The notes under the pieces: generated by a model
The model's input: only the letters and a program-made list of their open reading frames with translations
The model's database searches: none
Told to the model about the DNA's origin: nothing
Assembly: GCA_903847205.1 (NCBI GenBank)
Contig: CAINDA010000065.1
Location: 67,929 to 131,928, forward strand
Length of the DNA stretch: 64,000 bases
Origin: an uncultured Bacteroidota bacterium
GTDB taxonomy: Bacteria > Bacteroidota > Bacteroidia > 2-12-FULL-35-15
Direction: 5' to 3'
Made by a program: the position numbers and the translations under genes
Shown here: positions 20,297 through 29,310 of the stretch, piece after piece
How the letters are laid out: each line of letters opens with the position of its first letter
How positions within the stretch are numbered: position 1 is the stretch's first letter

Positions 20297-21118
20297 TTGA
20301 TTATGAAAGAAAATAATACCTGGGCGGTTTTACTTTGCGGCGGTTATGGAAGCCGGATGGGGGCCCTAACTAAAACAATTCCAAAACCCCTTATTAAAAT
20401 CCATAACCAGCCGATACTCTGGTATATATTAATGACGCTGCATAAACACGGGATTAAAAATTTAATATTTCCATTAGGTTATAAGGGTGCAATGCTGGAA
20501 AAATACATTAAAAAAAATTTTAAGGATAAAGATTTTAAAATGCATTTTATTGATACAGGTGTTGATTCGACAATTGCAAAACGGCTTGGTAAAATTTCAA
20601 GTGTTATTCCCGAAAATGCCGACTTTCTGTTACTCAACAGCGATACTATTTTTGATTTTGATATTAATGCCATGCTCAGATTACACAGAAGCAAAAAGGC
20701 ATTAATTACCCTCTCTTCTGTTGAAATAATATCTGCATGGGGATTAATACATACTCGAAAAGGGGCGCTTGCCGCTTTTTCAAGAGAAAGAAAAGTGCAT
20801 TACCTAGCTTCAAAAGAAGATGCCGAACTCAAAGGGTATATTTATTCTGGGATTGGATTTATTAATAAAAACGCCTTGAAATATATTGATTTAGAAACCT
20901 GCTACGATTTTGAGCAGGATTTATATTCGAAAATAATAAAAATGAAACGTGCTGCTCATTTCGAAATTGACGGAAGCTGGTTTGCTATTGATACTCCAAA
21001 GGATATTGAAATAATTCATCAGCTGATCGGCGATAAAAGCAACAGGGGCGTAAAAGTTCAGGCAATCAAAAAAAAATTAAGCGTAGCCAGTCCCGCTGTA
21101 AAAAAAAATAAAAAATAA
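20297..21118 (+). CDS. Sugar-1-phosphate nucleotidyltransferase, glucose-1-phosphate cytidylyltransferase (RfbF)-like
   Basis: WAVLLCGGYGSRMG...KPLIKIHNQPILWYILMTLHKHGIKNLIFPLGYKGAMLEKYI parallels the RfbF blocks GGxGTRL...KPKPMVEIGGKPILWHIMK..HGIKDFII.CGYKG. The Lys-rich C-terminal tail is unusual. Confidence 0.65.
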   Translation: MIMKENNTWAVLLCGGYGSRMGALTKTIPKPLIKIHNQPILWYILMTLHKHGIKNLIFPLGYKGAMLEKYIKKNFKDKDFKMHFIDTGVDSTIAKRLGKISSVIPENADFLLLNSDTIFDFDINAMLRLHRSKKALITLSSVEIISAWGLIHTRKGALAAFSRERKVHYLASKEDAELKGYIYSGIGFINKNALKYIDLETCYDFEQDLYSKIIKMKRAAHFEIDGSWFAIDTPKDIEIIHQLIGDKSNRGVKVQAIKKKLSVASPAVKKNKK

Positions 21119-21182
21119 AACCGGCCTTTTTTTATTTTCATTTGAACAAAAAAAAATTAAACTTTGAAAGACATTTCTTGCA

Positions 21183-22313
21183 ATGGATGCTAAAAAATCA
21201 CTTATTTCACGCTACTTATATGAATCGCCATATGTTAAAGACATACAAAAATTCAAAGAAGACATTATTCACAAAAGAGTTATTCCACATCAGGTGGAAG
21301 TACAGCCCGGGCCTTTAGGTAAAAATATATGCTGGCTTAACTGTCCTTATTGTTATGGAAAATCCGCAATAAACTCAACCGAGCGCCTTTCCATCGAAAG
21401 ATATATTGAAGTTTTAAAAAATATTACTGATGGCGGCTGCAAGAAATTTATTTTTGCAGGATGGGCCACCGATCCGCTGTATTATAAACATATTGATGAT
21501 TTGGTTCAGACCGTTGTTGAACGCGACAGCGTTATCGGTTTTAACACACGTGCTATTGACGTAAGCGATAGATTAGTAGAGCTTGTATCGACCCCGTCAC
21601 TGGCCAAGACCAGCTATATGAGTATCAGCGTAAATGCTGGTAATAATGAGAATTACAATAAAGTTAATGCTGCCAGAGGCAAAGCTAAACTGTATGACAG
21701 AGTGCTCAAAAACGTCACCAGCATTGTTACTCATAAGAAAAAAAATAATGCATCGCTCGATATAAGTGTTTCTTATCTGATAAATCAATATACGAACTCA
21801 AAAGAAGAGATAATAAAATTTATTACTGATTTTAAAAATGCAGGCGCTGACCTTATTCGCTTTTCATGCCCGCAGATTCCAAGAGGAGATGTTCCAGGTG
21901 AAAACCCTTTCATACCAACACAAATTGAATATCAGGATTATATTAATGAGTTGACACAGATTATTGAAAGCTTCAGCGATGAAAGCTGCAAAGTAATTGT
22001 TGTGAAGAGTGACGATAAATTTATACAAGCCCGCACAACACCCTGTTTCGCCAGATTTATTTATCCTACCATCGGCTATGATGGCTGGCTGTACCACTGT
22101 TCTCAGTCATCAGGCTCTAACTTCCGCAGTCAGGCTTTGGGAAATCTTGCAACAGATAATTTCTGGGATCTTTTATACGATTATGATGCAAATAATTTAG
22201 ATAATTATTTTTCCTCCTGCTCAAAAAAGATGGAAAACAATAATTGCAGGTGCGATAGAAAAGAACATACCGTTAACAGCCTGATCAAGGACAACGGCTT
22301 TTTTAATAAATAG
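21183..22313 (+). CDS. Radical SAM enzyme of unknown specificity (no cobalamin-binding domain)
   Basis: The CX3CX2C motif is at residues 50-57 (NICWLNCPYCYG). The protein is 376 aa. Additional C-terminal cysteines (YHCSQ..., SCSKKMENNNCRCDRKEH) may bind an auxiliary cluster. It sits inside a nucleotide-sugar operon. Confidence 0.65.
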   Translation: MDAKKSLISRYLYESPYVKDIQKFKEDIIHKRVIPHQVEVQPGPLGKNICWLNCPYCYGKSAINSTERLSIERYIEVLKNITDGGCKKFIFAGWATDPLYYKHIDDLVQTVVERDSVIGFNTRAIDVSDRLVELVSTPSLAKTSYMSISVNAGNNENYNKVNAARGKAKLYDRVLKNVTSIVTHKKKNNASLDISVSYLINQYTNSKEEIIKFITDFKNAGADLIRFSCPQIPRGDVPGENPFIPTQIEYQDYINELTQIIESFSDESCKVIVVKSDDKFIQARTTPCFARFIYPTIGYDGWLYHCSQSSGSNFRSQALGNLATDNFWDLLYDYDANNLDNYFSSCSKKMENNNCRCDRKEHTVNSLIKDNGFFNK

Positions 22314-22348
22314 AGTTTTTCATTTATGAAACAGCAAAATTTTCATCG

Positions 22349-23284
22349 ATGAAAGGCATAGGAGAACAAGGTAATTCATTAAAAGTAGCAATACTCGGAG
22401 CCGGCGGAATCGGCAAAGTGCATGCTCGAATTTTTCATTCGCTGGGTGCAGAGATATATGCAATTTTGGGCAGCAGTACCAAAACAGCATCTGAATCTTC
22501 AAATGATTTAAAACAATCCTTCGGATTTAAACCTAAAGCTTTTGCAAATATTGAGGAGCTTTTGGCAGAGCCTATTGATGCAGTATGCATATGTACACCG
22601 CCTCATTTACATGTTGAACATACCTTAGCTGCTTTTAATAAAGGATTTGCAGTTTTCTGCGAAAAGCCGCTTTTCTGGAATGATAAAATGTCTAAAACTG
22701 ACATGCTGTTAAAACTCGATCAACTAAAATCTCACCCCAGCCGGCGTTTTATGATGAACGCTCCTAATGCATTTTTCTTAGAGGGACTTAATAACAGGAT
22801 AAATGAACCAGGTAAAATTAAATCCTTTAAATTTAGTTTTCATACAAATGGAAATTACAAAGGCAGAGAAATAGGAGTTGATTTACTTACTCATGGATTA
22901 TCGCTGATATATAAACTTTTTGGTCTGCGAAACCTAAGTTTATTTAAGTCCCAGACGGCTGATAACAAATATTCCTGTTCTTTCAGATTCGGCAATTGCA
23001 AAGTAGAATTTGATTTTATGGAAGATCTCAATGGATCTAAATTATTTTTGATTGATATTGACGGACATGTTTTTACCCGCGGACAGGAAGGTTTTGGGGC
23101 TGAGTATAATGTATTTCTTCTTGACTCAAGAACAAATGAAAAAATAAAAATAACTGACCCTTTTCAGCAATCCATTAGTAATTTTTTAGATTATTGTAAA
23201 AGCGGGTCACCCATTGGTCACGATAAATTTGAGGAGGCTGAAGTTATTATGAAAATTATGATTCAAAATTTATTAGTTAGTTGA
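22349..23284 (+). CDS. Gfo/Idh/MocA family oxidoreductase
   Basis: VAILGAGGIGKVHARIFHSLGAEIYAILG Rossmann N-terminus in a 311-aa protein. Confidence 0.65.
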   Translation: MKGIGEQGNSLKVAILGAGGIGKVHARIFHSLGAEIYAILGSSTKTASESSNDLKQSFGFKPKAFANIEELLAEPIDAVCICTPPHLHVEHTLAAFNKGFAVFCEKPLFWNDKMSKTDMLLKLDQLKSHPSRRFMMNAPNAFFLEGLNNRINEPGKIKSFKFSFHTNGNYKGREIGVDLLTHGLSLIYKLFGLRNLSLFKSQTADNKYSCSFRFGNCKVEFDFMEDLNGSKLFLIDIDGHVFTRGQEGFGAEYNVFLLDSRTNEKIKITDPFQQSISNFLDYCKSGSPIGHDKFEEAEVIMKIMIQNLLVS

Positions 23285-23361
23285 AGCAGGGCTTTGTAAA
23301 ATAAAAACAAAAATTTCAAAAACAAAATACACTGGAAATACGAATTAATTAATCTCTTTAA

Positions 23362-24405
23362 ATGAATATACTTATAACTGGCAACCTTGGTTATGTAGGA
23401 CCTAACCTGATTAAATATTTAAAAAAGAATTATCCTGCTGATAAACTTTTCGGTTTTGATATCGGATACTTTAGCAACTGTGTTACAACTCCCTTCAGAA
23501 TGCCTGAAACAATGCTGGAAGCGCAGTACTTTGGCGATGTAAGAAATTTTTCGGAGCACCTGCTCAAAGGGATAGATGCTGTAATTCACTTAGCTGCTAT
23601 TTCAAATGACCCGATGAGCAGCCAGTTTGAAGAAATCACTTATGCCATTAACCACAAAGCAAGTATTGATATTGCAAAAAAAGCAAAGAATGCAGGTGTA
23701 AAAAGTTTTGTATTCGCTTCTAGCTGCAGTGTATATGGCTTTGCAGCCGATGGCGCACGTGTTGAATCATCTGACCTTAATCCGCTAACAGCTTATGCAA
23801 AATCTAAAGTCCTTACAGAAGAGGATTTACAGCCTTTAGCGGATGATAACTTTAAAGTTACCTGCCTGCGTTTTGCCACAGCCTGCGGTATGAGTGACCG
23901 TTTACGTTTAGATCTTGTACTCAATGATTTTGCTGCATCAGCAATTGCAAATAAAAAAATCTCTATACTCAGCGACGGCACGCCATGGCGTCCGCTCATC
24001 AATACGCTTGATATGGCAAGAGCAATGGGCTGGTCTGTAAATAGAGAAACCTCGAAAGGAGGAAATTTTTTACTTATGAATGTAGGCAGCAACGTTTGGA
24101 ACTACCAGGTAAAAGAAATTGCAGGATTTGTAAAAGAGCAATTTCCTGAGGTAGAAATTAGCATCAATCCAAATGCGCAGCCTGATAAACGGTCATACCG
24201 TGTGAATTTCGATTTCTTTAATTCTTTAGCGCCTGATTTTACTCCTAAAATCACTATACAGCAGAGCATTGCTGATTTACTTAATGGATTAAATGCAATT
24301 AAGTTTAATGATGCAGATTTCAGGCAGTCGAATTTAATCCGCCTCAATATGATCAACAGTCTGAAAACAAATAATTTTATTGACGATAATATTAATTGGG
24401 TATAA
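23362..24405 (+). CDS. Extended-SDR NAD-dependent sugar epimerase/dehydratase (candidate NDP-hexose 4,6-dehydratase)
   Basis: MNILITGNLGYVGPNLIKYL glycine-rich N-terminus. It also has IHLAAISND, FASSCSVYG and a YAKSK catalytic YxxxK. Length is 347 aa. Confidence 0.65.
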   Translation: MNILITGNLGYVGPNLIKYLKKNYPADKLFGFDIGYFSNCVTTPFRMPETMLEAQYFGDVRNFSEHLLKGIDAVIHLAAISNDPMSSQFEEITYAINHKASIDIAKKAKNAGVKSFVFASSCSVYGFAADGARVESSDLNPLTAYAKSKVLTEEDLQPLADDNFKVTCLRFATACGMSDRLRLDLVLNDFAASAIANKKISILSDGTPWRPLINTLDMARAMGWSVNRETSKGGNFLLMNVGSNVWNYQVKEIAGFVKEQFPEVEISINPNAQPDKRSYRVNFDFFNSLAPDFTPKITIQQSIADLLNGLNAIKFNDADFRQSNLIRLNMINSLKTNNFIDDNINWV

Positions 24406-24408
24406 TCT

Positions 24409-24960
24409 ATGGACTTTATTAAAACACCCTTTGCTGGTTTATTCTTAATTCAGGCAAAACCAATTAAAGATGACAGAGGTTTGTTTGGCAGGACATTTTG
24501 TAAAAAAGAATTTGCTGAAATTAATTTCACAAAAGATTTTGTTCAATTTAACCATTCATTGACTTTAAAAAAAGGTACCGTCAGAGGGCTGCATTTTCAA
24601 CTTCCGCCCTATTCCGAAACAAAATTAATCAGATGTGTTCAAGGAAAAATTTATGATACGGCAGTTGATTTAAGAAAAAATTCGCCCACATTTTTGCAGC
24701 ATTTCGACACAGAGCTTAGTGCTGAAAGCATGATGTCTATATTAATTCCAGAAGGTTTTGCTCACGGCTATCAAACACTGGAAGACAATTCTGCTTTTAT
24801 CTATCACCATACACAATTTTATACACCAGGCTCCGAATCAGGGATAAGGTATGACGATCCTTTACTGAAAATAAAGTGGCCTCTGCCGATTGTAAATGTA
24901 AGTGAAAAAGACAAAAGCCAAAACTTATTAGAAACTAATTTTAAAGGAATAGAACTATGA
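24409..24960 (+). CDS. dTDP/CDP-4-dehydro-6-deoxyhexose 3,5-epimerase (RmlC-like cupin)
   Basis: GLFLIQAKPIKDDRGLFGRTF, RGLHFQ, KLIRCVQGKIYDTAVDLRKNSPTF and EGFAHGYQTL are RmlC-family blocks. Length is 183 aa. Confidence 0.7.
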   Translation: MDFIKTPFAGLFLIQAKPIKDDRGLFGRTFCKKEFAEINFTKDFVQFNHSLTLKKGTVRGLHFQLPPYSETKLIRCVQGKIYDTAVDLRKNSPTFLQHFDTELSAESMMSILIPEGFAHGYQTLEDNSAFIYHHTQFYTPGSESGIRYDDPLLKIKWPLPIVNVSEKDKSQNLLETNFKGIEL

Positions 24961-26183
24961 ACTGCAGGTTTTGTAAAAATGAGTTGAAACATGTTTTTAT
25001 TGATTTAGGAAATTCTCCTCCATCAAATTCTTTCTTAACGCCCGCTCAATTAAATGTGCCGGAAAGCTTTTTCCCTTTAAAAATTTTCGTCTGCGAAAAA
25101 TGTTTTTTAGTACAGGTAGATGAATATAAAAAAGCTGCCGAAATTTTTGACAGTGAGTATGCCTATTTTTCTTCCGTTTCAAGGAGCTGGCTTGAACACT
25201 CAAAAAAATATACCGAAAAAATGATCTCCGAATTCGGGATTAATTACCAATCACAGGTAATTGAAATTGCTTCAAATGATGGCTATCTGCTTCAATATTT
25301 TAAAGAAAAAGGAATACCTGTTTTGGGAATAGAACCAACAGAATCAACGGCAAACGCAGCCAAAGCAAAAGGGATTGAATCAATAGGAGAATTTTTTGGT
25401 GAGCGATTAGCAAGCCAGCTCAGCAATGAAGGCAGAAAAGCCGATTTACTTTTAGGAAATAATGTATTAGCGCATGTTCCGGACATTAATGATTTTGTTA
25501 AAGGCTTACAAATTGCTTTAAAAGCGGATGGAATAATTACAATGGAATTTCCTCATTTGCTTCAATTAGTTAAGAACAATCAGTTCGATACAATTTACCA
25601 CGAACATTTTTCGTATTTATCTTTTACAACGGTGAAAAGAATTTTTGAAAAACATAATCTTGAAATGTTCCATGTAGAAGAACTGCCTACACACGGCGGT
25701 TCATTAAGAATTTTTGCCAAACAGAAAACATCCGCTTTAAACCCTGTAAGAAGCACTGTAAATGCATTGCTTGTAAAAGAAGATCAGGCTGGAATAAATG
25801 GTCTGGAATTTTATAAAGGTTTTGATAAGAATGCCGCAAAAGTTAAACTTGATTTTCTTGAGTTTTTGATACATGCTAAAAAGGAAGGCAAAAAAATTGC
25901 AGCTTACGGCGCAGCAGCAAAAGGTAGCACCATGTTAAACTTCTGCGGAATTAAAAATGACTGGATAGAATATGTAGTTGACGGCGCAGCCAGCAAGCAG
26001 GGAAAATATATGCCTGCCAGCCACATACCAATTGTTAATGAAGTAAAAATAAAAGAACACAAACCCGACTATATAATTATTCTGCCCTGGAATATTAAGG
26101 AAGAAATAATGAATCAATTAAGTTATGTAAAAGGATGGGGATGCATCTTTGTAACTGTCATACCTGATTTGCAGAAATTTTAA
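24957..26183 (+). CDS. NDP-hexose C-methyltransferase (TylC3/EryBIII-like)
   Basis: An N-terminal Cys4 zinc ribbon (CRFCKN...CEKCFLVQ) precedes a class I SAM-MTase core (VIEIASNDGYLL, LGIEP). The C-terminus has the C-methyltransferase domain signature (IAAYGAAAKGSTMLNF...YIIILPWNIKEEI). Length is 408 aa. Confidence 0.7.
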   Translation: MNCRFCKNELKHVFIDLGNSPPSNSFLTPAQLNVPESFFPLKIFVCEKCFLVQVDEYKKAAEIFDSEYAYFSSVSRSWLEHSKKYTEKMISEFGINYQSQVIEIASNDGYLLQYFKEKGIPVLGIEPTESTANAAKAKGIESIGEFFGERLASQLSNEGRKADLLLGNNVLAHVPDINDFVKGLQIALKADGIITMEFPHLLQLVKNNQFDTIYHEHFSYLSFTTVKRIFEKHNLEMFHVEELPTHGGSLRIFAKQKTSALNPVRSTVNALLVKEDQAGINGLEFYKGFDKNAAKVKLDFLEFLIHAKKEGKKIAAYGAAAKGSTMLNFCGIKNDWIEYVVDGAASKQGKYMPASHIPIVNEVKIKEHKPDYIIILPWNIKEEIMNQLSYVKGWGCIFVTVIPDLQKF

Positions 26184-26333
26184 AAAAAAAATTGTACAAG
26201 ATATATGGTTTTGCATAGAACCTTGTTCAGCTTAAATAAGCAAGTTTATAACACATTAGTAATTAGATGATAATTATCTTTTCAGAAATTCAAGTACTAT
26301 TTAATAATTTTCATTATTAATCTATTTAATTAT

Positions 26334-27314
26334 ATGAGCAAAAAAAACAAATCCACACCAATAGAAGAAGAAGCTGCCGCATTTGACAAAAGAATGACCG
26401 AAAGAAGCAGTGCCGGCTTCATTCCTGATTTAAGGGATGCTGTAAAATGCGATTATTTTTATAAAAGTTTTTTCCGTGACCCTTATTTTATGAAATTGTA
26501 CCAGGGGCAGATGACTGATTTGTTCGTCAACGGCCTTGAAAAACATAAAGGAAAAAAATTAACAATTTTAGATGTGGGATGCGGGCCAGGGCTGAGTACC
26601 CTGGAAATAGCAAGAAACGGGCACAATGTTACCGCAATTGACATTTCAGAAAAATCTATTGAACTCGCAAAAAAAGCGCTTGCCAATAATCGATACAAGA
26701 AAAATTTCGGCTTGTTAAATTATCAGGTATTACCTTTTGAAGAAGTGAAGGGAAAATTTGACGCAATTATATTTTCTGGTGCACTGCATCATTTTCCAAA
26801 CCTCAAGGATGTGGTAAAAAAATCCGTAACCCTTCTTAATAAAGATGGCATTTTACTTTGCTATGAACCTTGGCATGAAAAATGGCGAAAACAAGATGCC
26901 GCTCAAGTGGCACTGTTCAGAATGATTTTGTCCATCACAGGATTTTGGTATGAAAAAAATCTTTTTAAAAACACCAAAAATAAGCCGAAAATGTTTGATG
27001 AATATGTTGATGATATTCACCTTGAATATGTTTCGGAGAAAGATAAAAATGAACCTGACGGACAGTCTCCAAATGATAATGCTGCCAGCGGGGATGAAAT
27101 TATAAAATGCCTGAATAAATATTTTGTTCAGAAAGAATTAAAATCTGGATTTTCTTTTATTTACAGATTCTTGGGAGGCATGAGAGGGTCAGATGAAATC
27201 TTGCACCGCCTGGCCGATTTGTTCACAGTTTATGATCAATATGCTGTTGAAAATGGATGGATGAATTCAAATGCATTTTTTTACATCGGAACAAAAAACA
27301 ATATTCAGAAATAA
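26334..27314 (+). CDS. Class I SAM-dependent methyltransferase
   Basis: ILDVGCGPGLSTLEIARNGHNVTAIDISEKSIELAKK is SAM-binding motif I. Length is 326 aa. Confidence 0.65.
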   Translation: MSKKNKSTPIEEEAAAFDKRMTERSSAGFIPDLRDAVKCDYFYKSFFRDPYFMKLYQGQMTDLFVNGLEKHKGKKLTILDVGCGPGLSTLEIARNGHNVTAIDISEKSIELAKKALANNRYKKNFGLLNYQVLPFEEVKGKFDAIIFSGALHHFPNLKDVVKKSVTLLNKDGILLCYEPWHEKWRKQDAAQVALFRMILSITGFWYEKNLFKNTKNKPKMFDEYVDDIHLEYVSEKDKNEPDGQSPNDNAASGDEIIKCLNKYFVQKELKSGFSFIYRFLGGMRGSDEILHRLADLFTVYDQYAVENGWMNSNAFFYIGTKNNIQK

Positions 27315-28218
27315 AATAATTCCGATCGTTTCATCTTACCTATTTTACAGAAATTTTAAAATAATAATTTTGAAAATACTAGTTACCGGAACGTCAGGAT
27401 TTGTAGGCAGATATGTTTTAAGTGAATTGTTAAAATATCAGCATTCTATTGTGATTGCAGCTGCAGATATTTCAAAACAAAATTTTCCAAAACAAAATGA
27501 TACCGTTGAAATAAAAGAATTCAATTTAGATTTTGTGAATAGCTACGGAAATCTGATGGACTATTTTAATAATCCGGATATGCTTATTCACATTGCATGG
27601 AAAGGCCTTCCGAATTTTAACGCACAGATACATGAAGAGCAATTAACTAGTCACTGTGATTTCATAAAAAAATTAGTTAAGAACGGCATAAAAAAAATTA
27701 CTGTTACCGGAACCTGTTTAGAATATGGATTACAGGAAGGCTGCCTGATGGAAACAATGGATATTAAACCAAGCCTAACCTACCCTATTGCAAAAGCCGA
27801 ACTATGCAATTTTATTAGTAATTTACAAGAGCTTCATGATTTTGAATTTAACTGGCTTCGATTATTTTATATGTATGGCGAAGGCCAAAATCCAAAATCA
27901 ATTCTTTCGCAGTTAGAAAATGCAATTAAAAACAATGACAAAATTTTTAATATGTCCAAAGGAGATCAGCAAAGAGATTATCTCCCAATAGAAAAAGTTG
28001 CTGAATATATTGTAAAAACGGCTTTGCAGAACAAGATTAAAGGTATTGTAAATTGCTGTTCAGGAAAACCAATAACAATCCTTAAATTAGTTCAGGATTA
28101 TTTAGATGAACATAAAGCAGATATAAAATTAAATTTAGGTTATTTCCCTTATCCCGATTATGAACCATTTGCCTTTTACGGTGATGCAAAAAAATTAAAT
28201 GCATCAATAGGTAATTAA
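27271..28218 (+). CDS. NAD-dependent epimerase/dehydratase family protein (candidate 4-ketoreductase)
   Basis: Rossmann start LKILVTGTSGFVGRYVL. The true start is probably the in-frame TTG at 27370, which would avoid a 44-nt overlap with the upstream gene. A YPIAKAE YxxxK-like motif is present. Confidence 0.6.
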   Translation: MHFFTSEQKTIFRNKIIPIVSSYLFYRNFKIIILKILVTGTSGFVGRYVLSELLKYQHSIVIAAADISKQNFPKQNDTVEIKEFNLDFVNSYGNLMDYFNNPDMLIHIAWKGLPNFNAQIHEEQLTSHCDFIKKLVKNGIKKITVTGTCLEYGLQEGCLMETMDIKPSLTYPIAKAELCNFISNLQELHDFEFNWLRLFYMYGEGQNPKSILSQLENAIKNNDKIFNMSKGDQQRDYLPIEKVAEYIVKTALQNKIKGIVNCCSGKPITILKLVQDYLDEHKADIKLNLGYFPYPDYEPFAFYGDAKKLNASIGN

Positions 28219-28229
28219 ATTAAACAAAA

Positions 28230-29306
28230 ATGGAAGACGAATTAAAAGCCTTATCAAAAGGAAACAAAGTTATTTTCAAGCAAAATTCTGTTCCTCTTTT
28301 TCAAAATAAAGTTTACCGTACAAAAGAGGAAGCACTCAATGCCCCTACAGGCGAAGTACAGCTTGCTGAATCTGCACAAACAGGTTTTATTTTTAATAAA
28401 ACATTTGATAACAGTTTGATGGACTATGATGCCGACTATCATAATGAACAATCGAATTCGCCGATATTTAAAGAACATCTGCAATATGTTTTTGATCTTA
28501 TTAAGAGATATGATCTTACTGGCAAAAAAGTAGTAGAAATAGGATGCGGGAAAGCTCACTTTTTTAATCTTATGAAAGAAAACGGAGTTAACTGCATTGG
28601 GTTTGATCCTGCCTATGAAGGCAATGACACAGCCATTATAAAAGATTATTTCAGTGACAAATATGACATTAACGGCGATTTAATTATACTCAGGCATACA
28701 CTTGAACACATAGAAAATCCACATTTATTTATTTCCGACATCGCAAAAGCAAACAAGTACAGAGGATATATTTTTATTGAAGTGCCTACTTTTGACTGGA
28801 TAAATAAAAAACAGGCTTTTTGGGATGTTTTTTATGAACATTGTAATTATTTTACTGAAACAAGCCTGGGCTCTATGTTTAATAAAGCTGAAACAGGGAG
28901 CTTTTTCGGGGGACAGTATATTTACTGCTATTCAGCCCTGAAAGAATTAAAAACTACTATTGAAAAGAAATCTGAAGGCTCAATTGAAAATATATCATTC
29001 GATTCAAGCGTTTTAAAATGGGGGAAATTTCTTGACGAGAAAAAAAATATCGCAGTGTGGGGTGCAGGTGCAAAAGGCTCAACTTTTTTAAATTTACTGG
29101 ATCAGAAAAAAGAAAAAATAAAATTTGTTATTGATATTAATCCCGAAAAGCAAAACAAATTTATTGCCCGCACATGTCATCCAATATATTCTCCAAAAGC
29201 GCTTGAAGGCAGCGGTATTGAAAACATTTTAATAATGAATGAAAATTATATTGACGAAATAAAAGCTGCAGTAAATAATCCAAACATTAATTTTTATTGT
29301 TTATAG
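28230..29306 (+). CDS. SAM-dependent methyltransferase with C-methyltransferase C-terminal domain (second C-MT-like gene, lacks zinc ribbon)
   Basis: SAM motif VVEIGCGKAHFFNLMKENGVNCIGFDP. The C-terminus IAVWGAGAKGSTFLNLL...FVIDINPEKQNKF aligns with the C-terminus of the 24957 gene product (IAAYGAAAKGSTMLNF...). Confidence 0.55.
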   Translation: MEDELKALSKGNKVIFKQNSVPLFQNKVYRTKEEALNAPTGEVQLAESAQTGFIFNKTFDNSLMDYDADYHNEQSNSPIFKEHLQYVFDLIKRYDLTGKKVVEIGCGKAHFFNLMKENGVNCIGFDPAYEGNDTAIIKDYFSDKYDINGDLIILRHTLEHIENPHLFISDIAKANKYRGYIFIEVPTFDWINKKQAFWDVFYEHCNYFTETSLGSMFNKAETGSFFGGQYIYCYSALKELKTTIEKKSEGSIENISFDSSVLKWGKFLDEKKNIAVWGAGAKGSTFLNLLDQKKEKIKFVIDINPEKQNKFIARTCHPIYSPKALEGSGIENILIMNENYIDEIKAAVNNPNINFYCL

Positions 29307-29310
29307 ATTC

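Noticed and set aside
20297-22313. Nucleotidyltransferase + radical SAM pair as an antiviral (viperin/CBASS-like) module
   Set aside because: The nucleotidyltransferase has RfbF-type sugar-1-phosphate motifs, not a cGAS/DncV fold. The radical SAM enzyme lacks viperin-like features. The pair is embedded in a co-directional sugar operon with 3,5-epimerase and C-methyltransferase genes.
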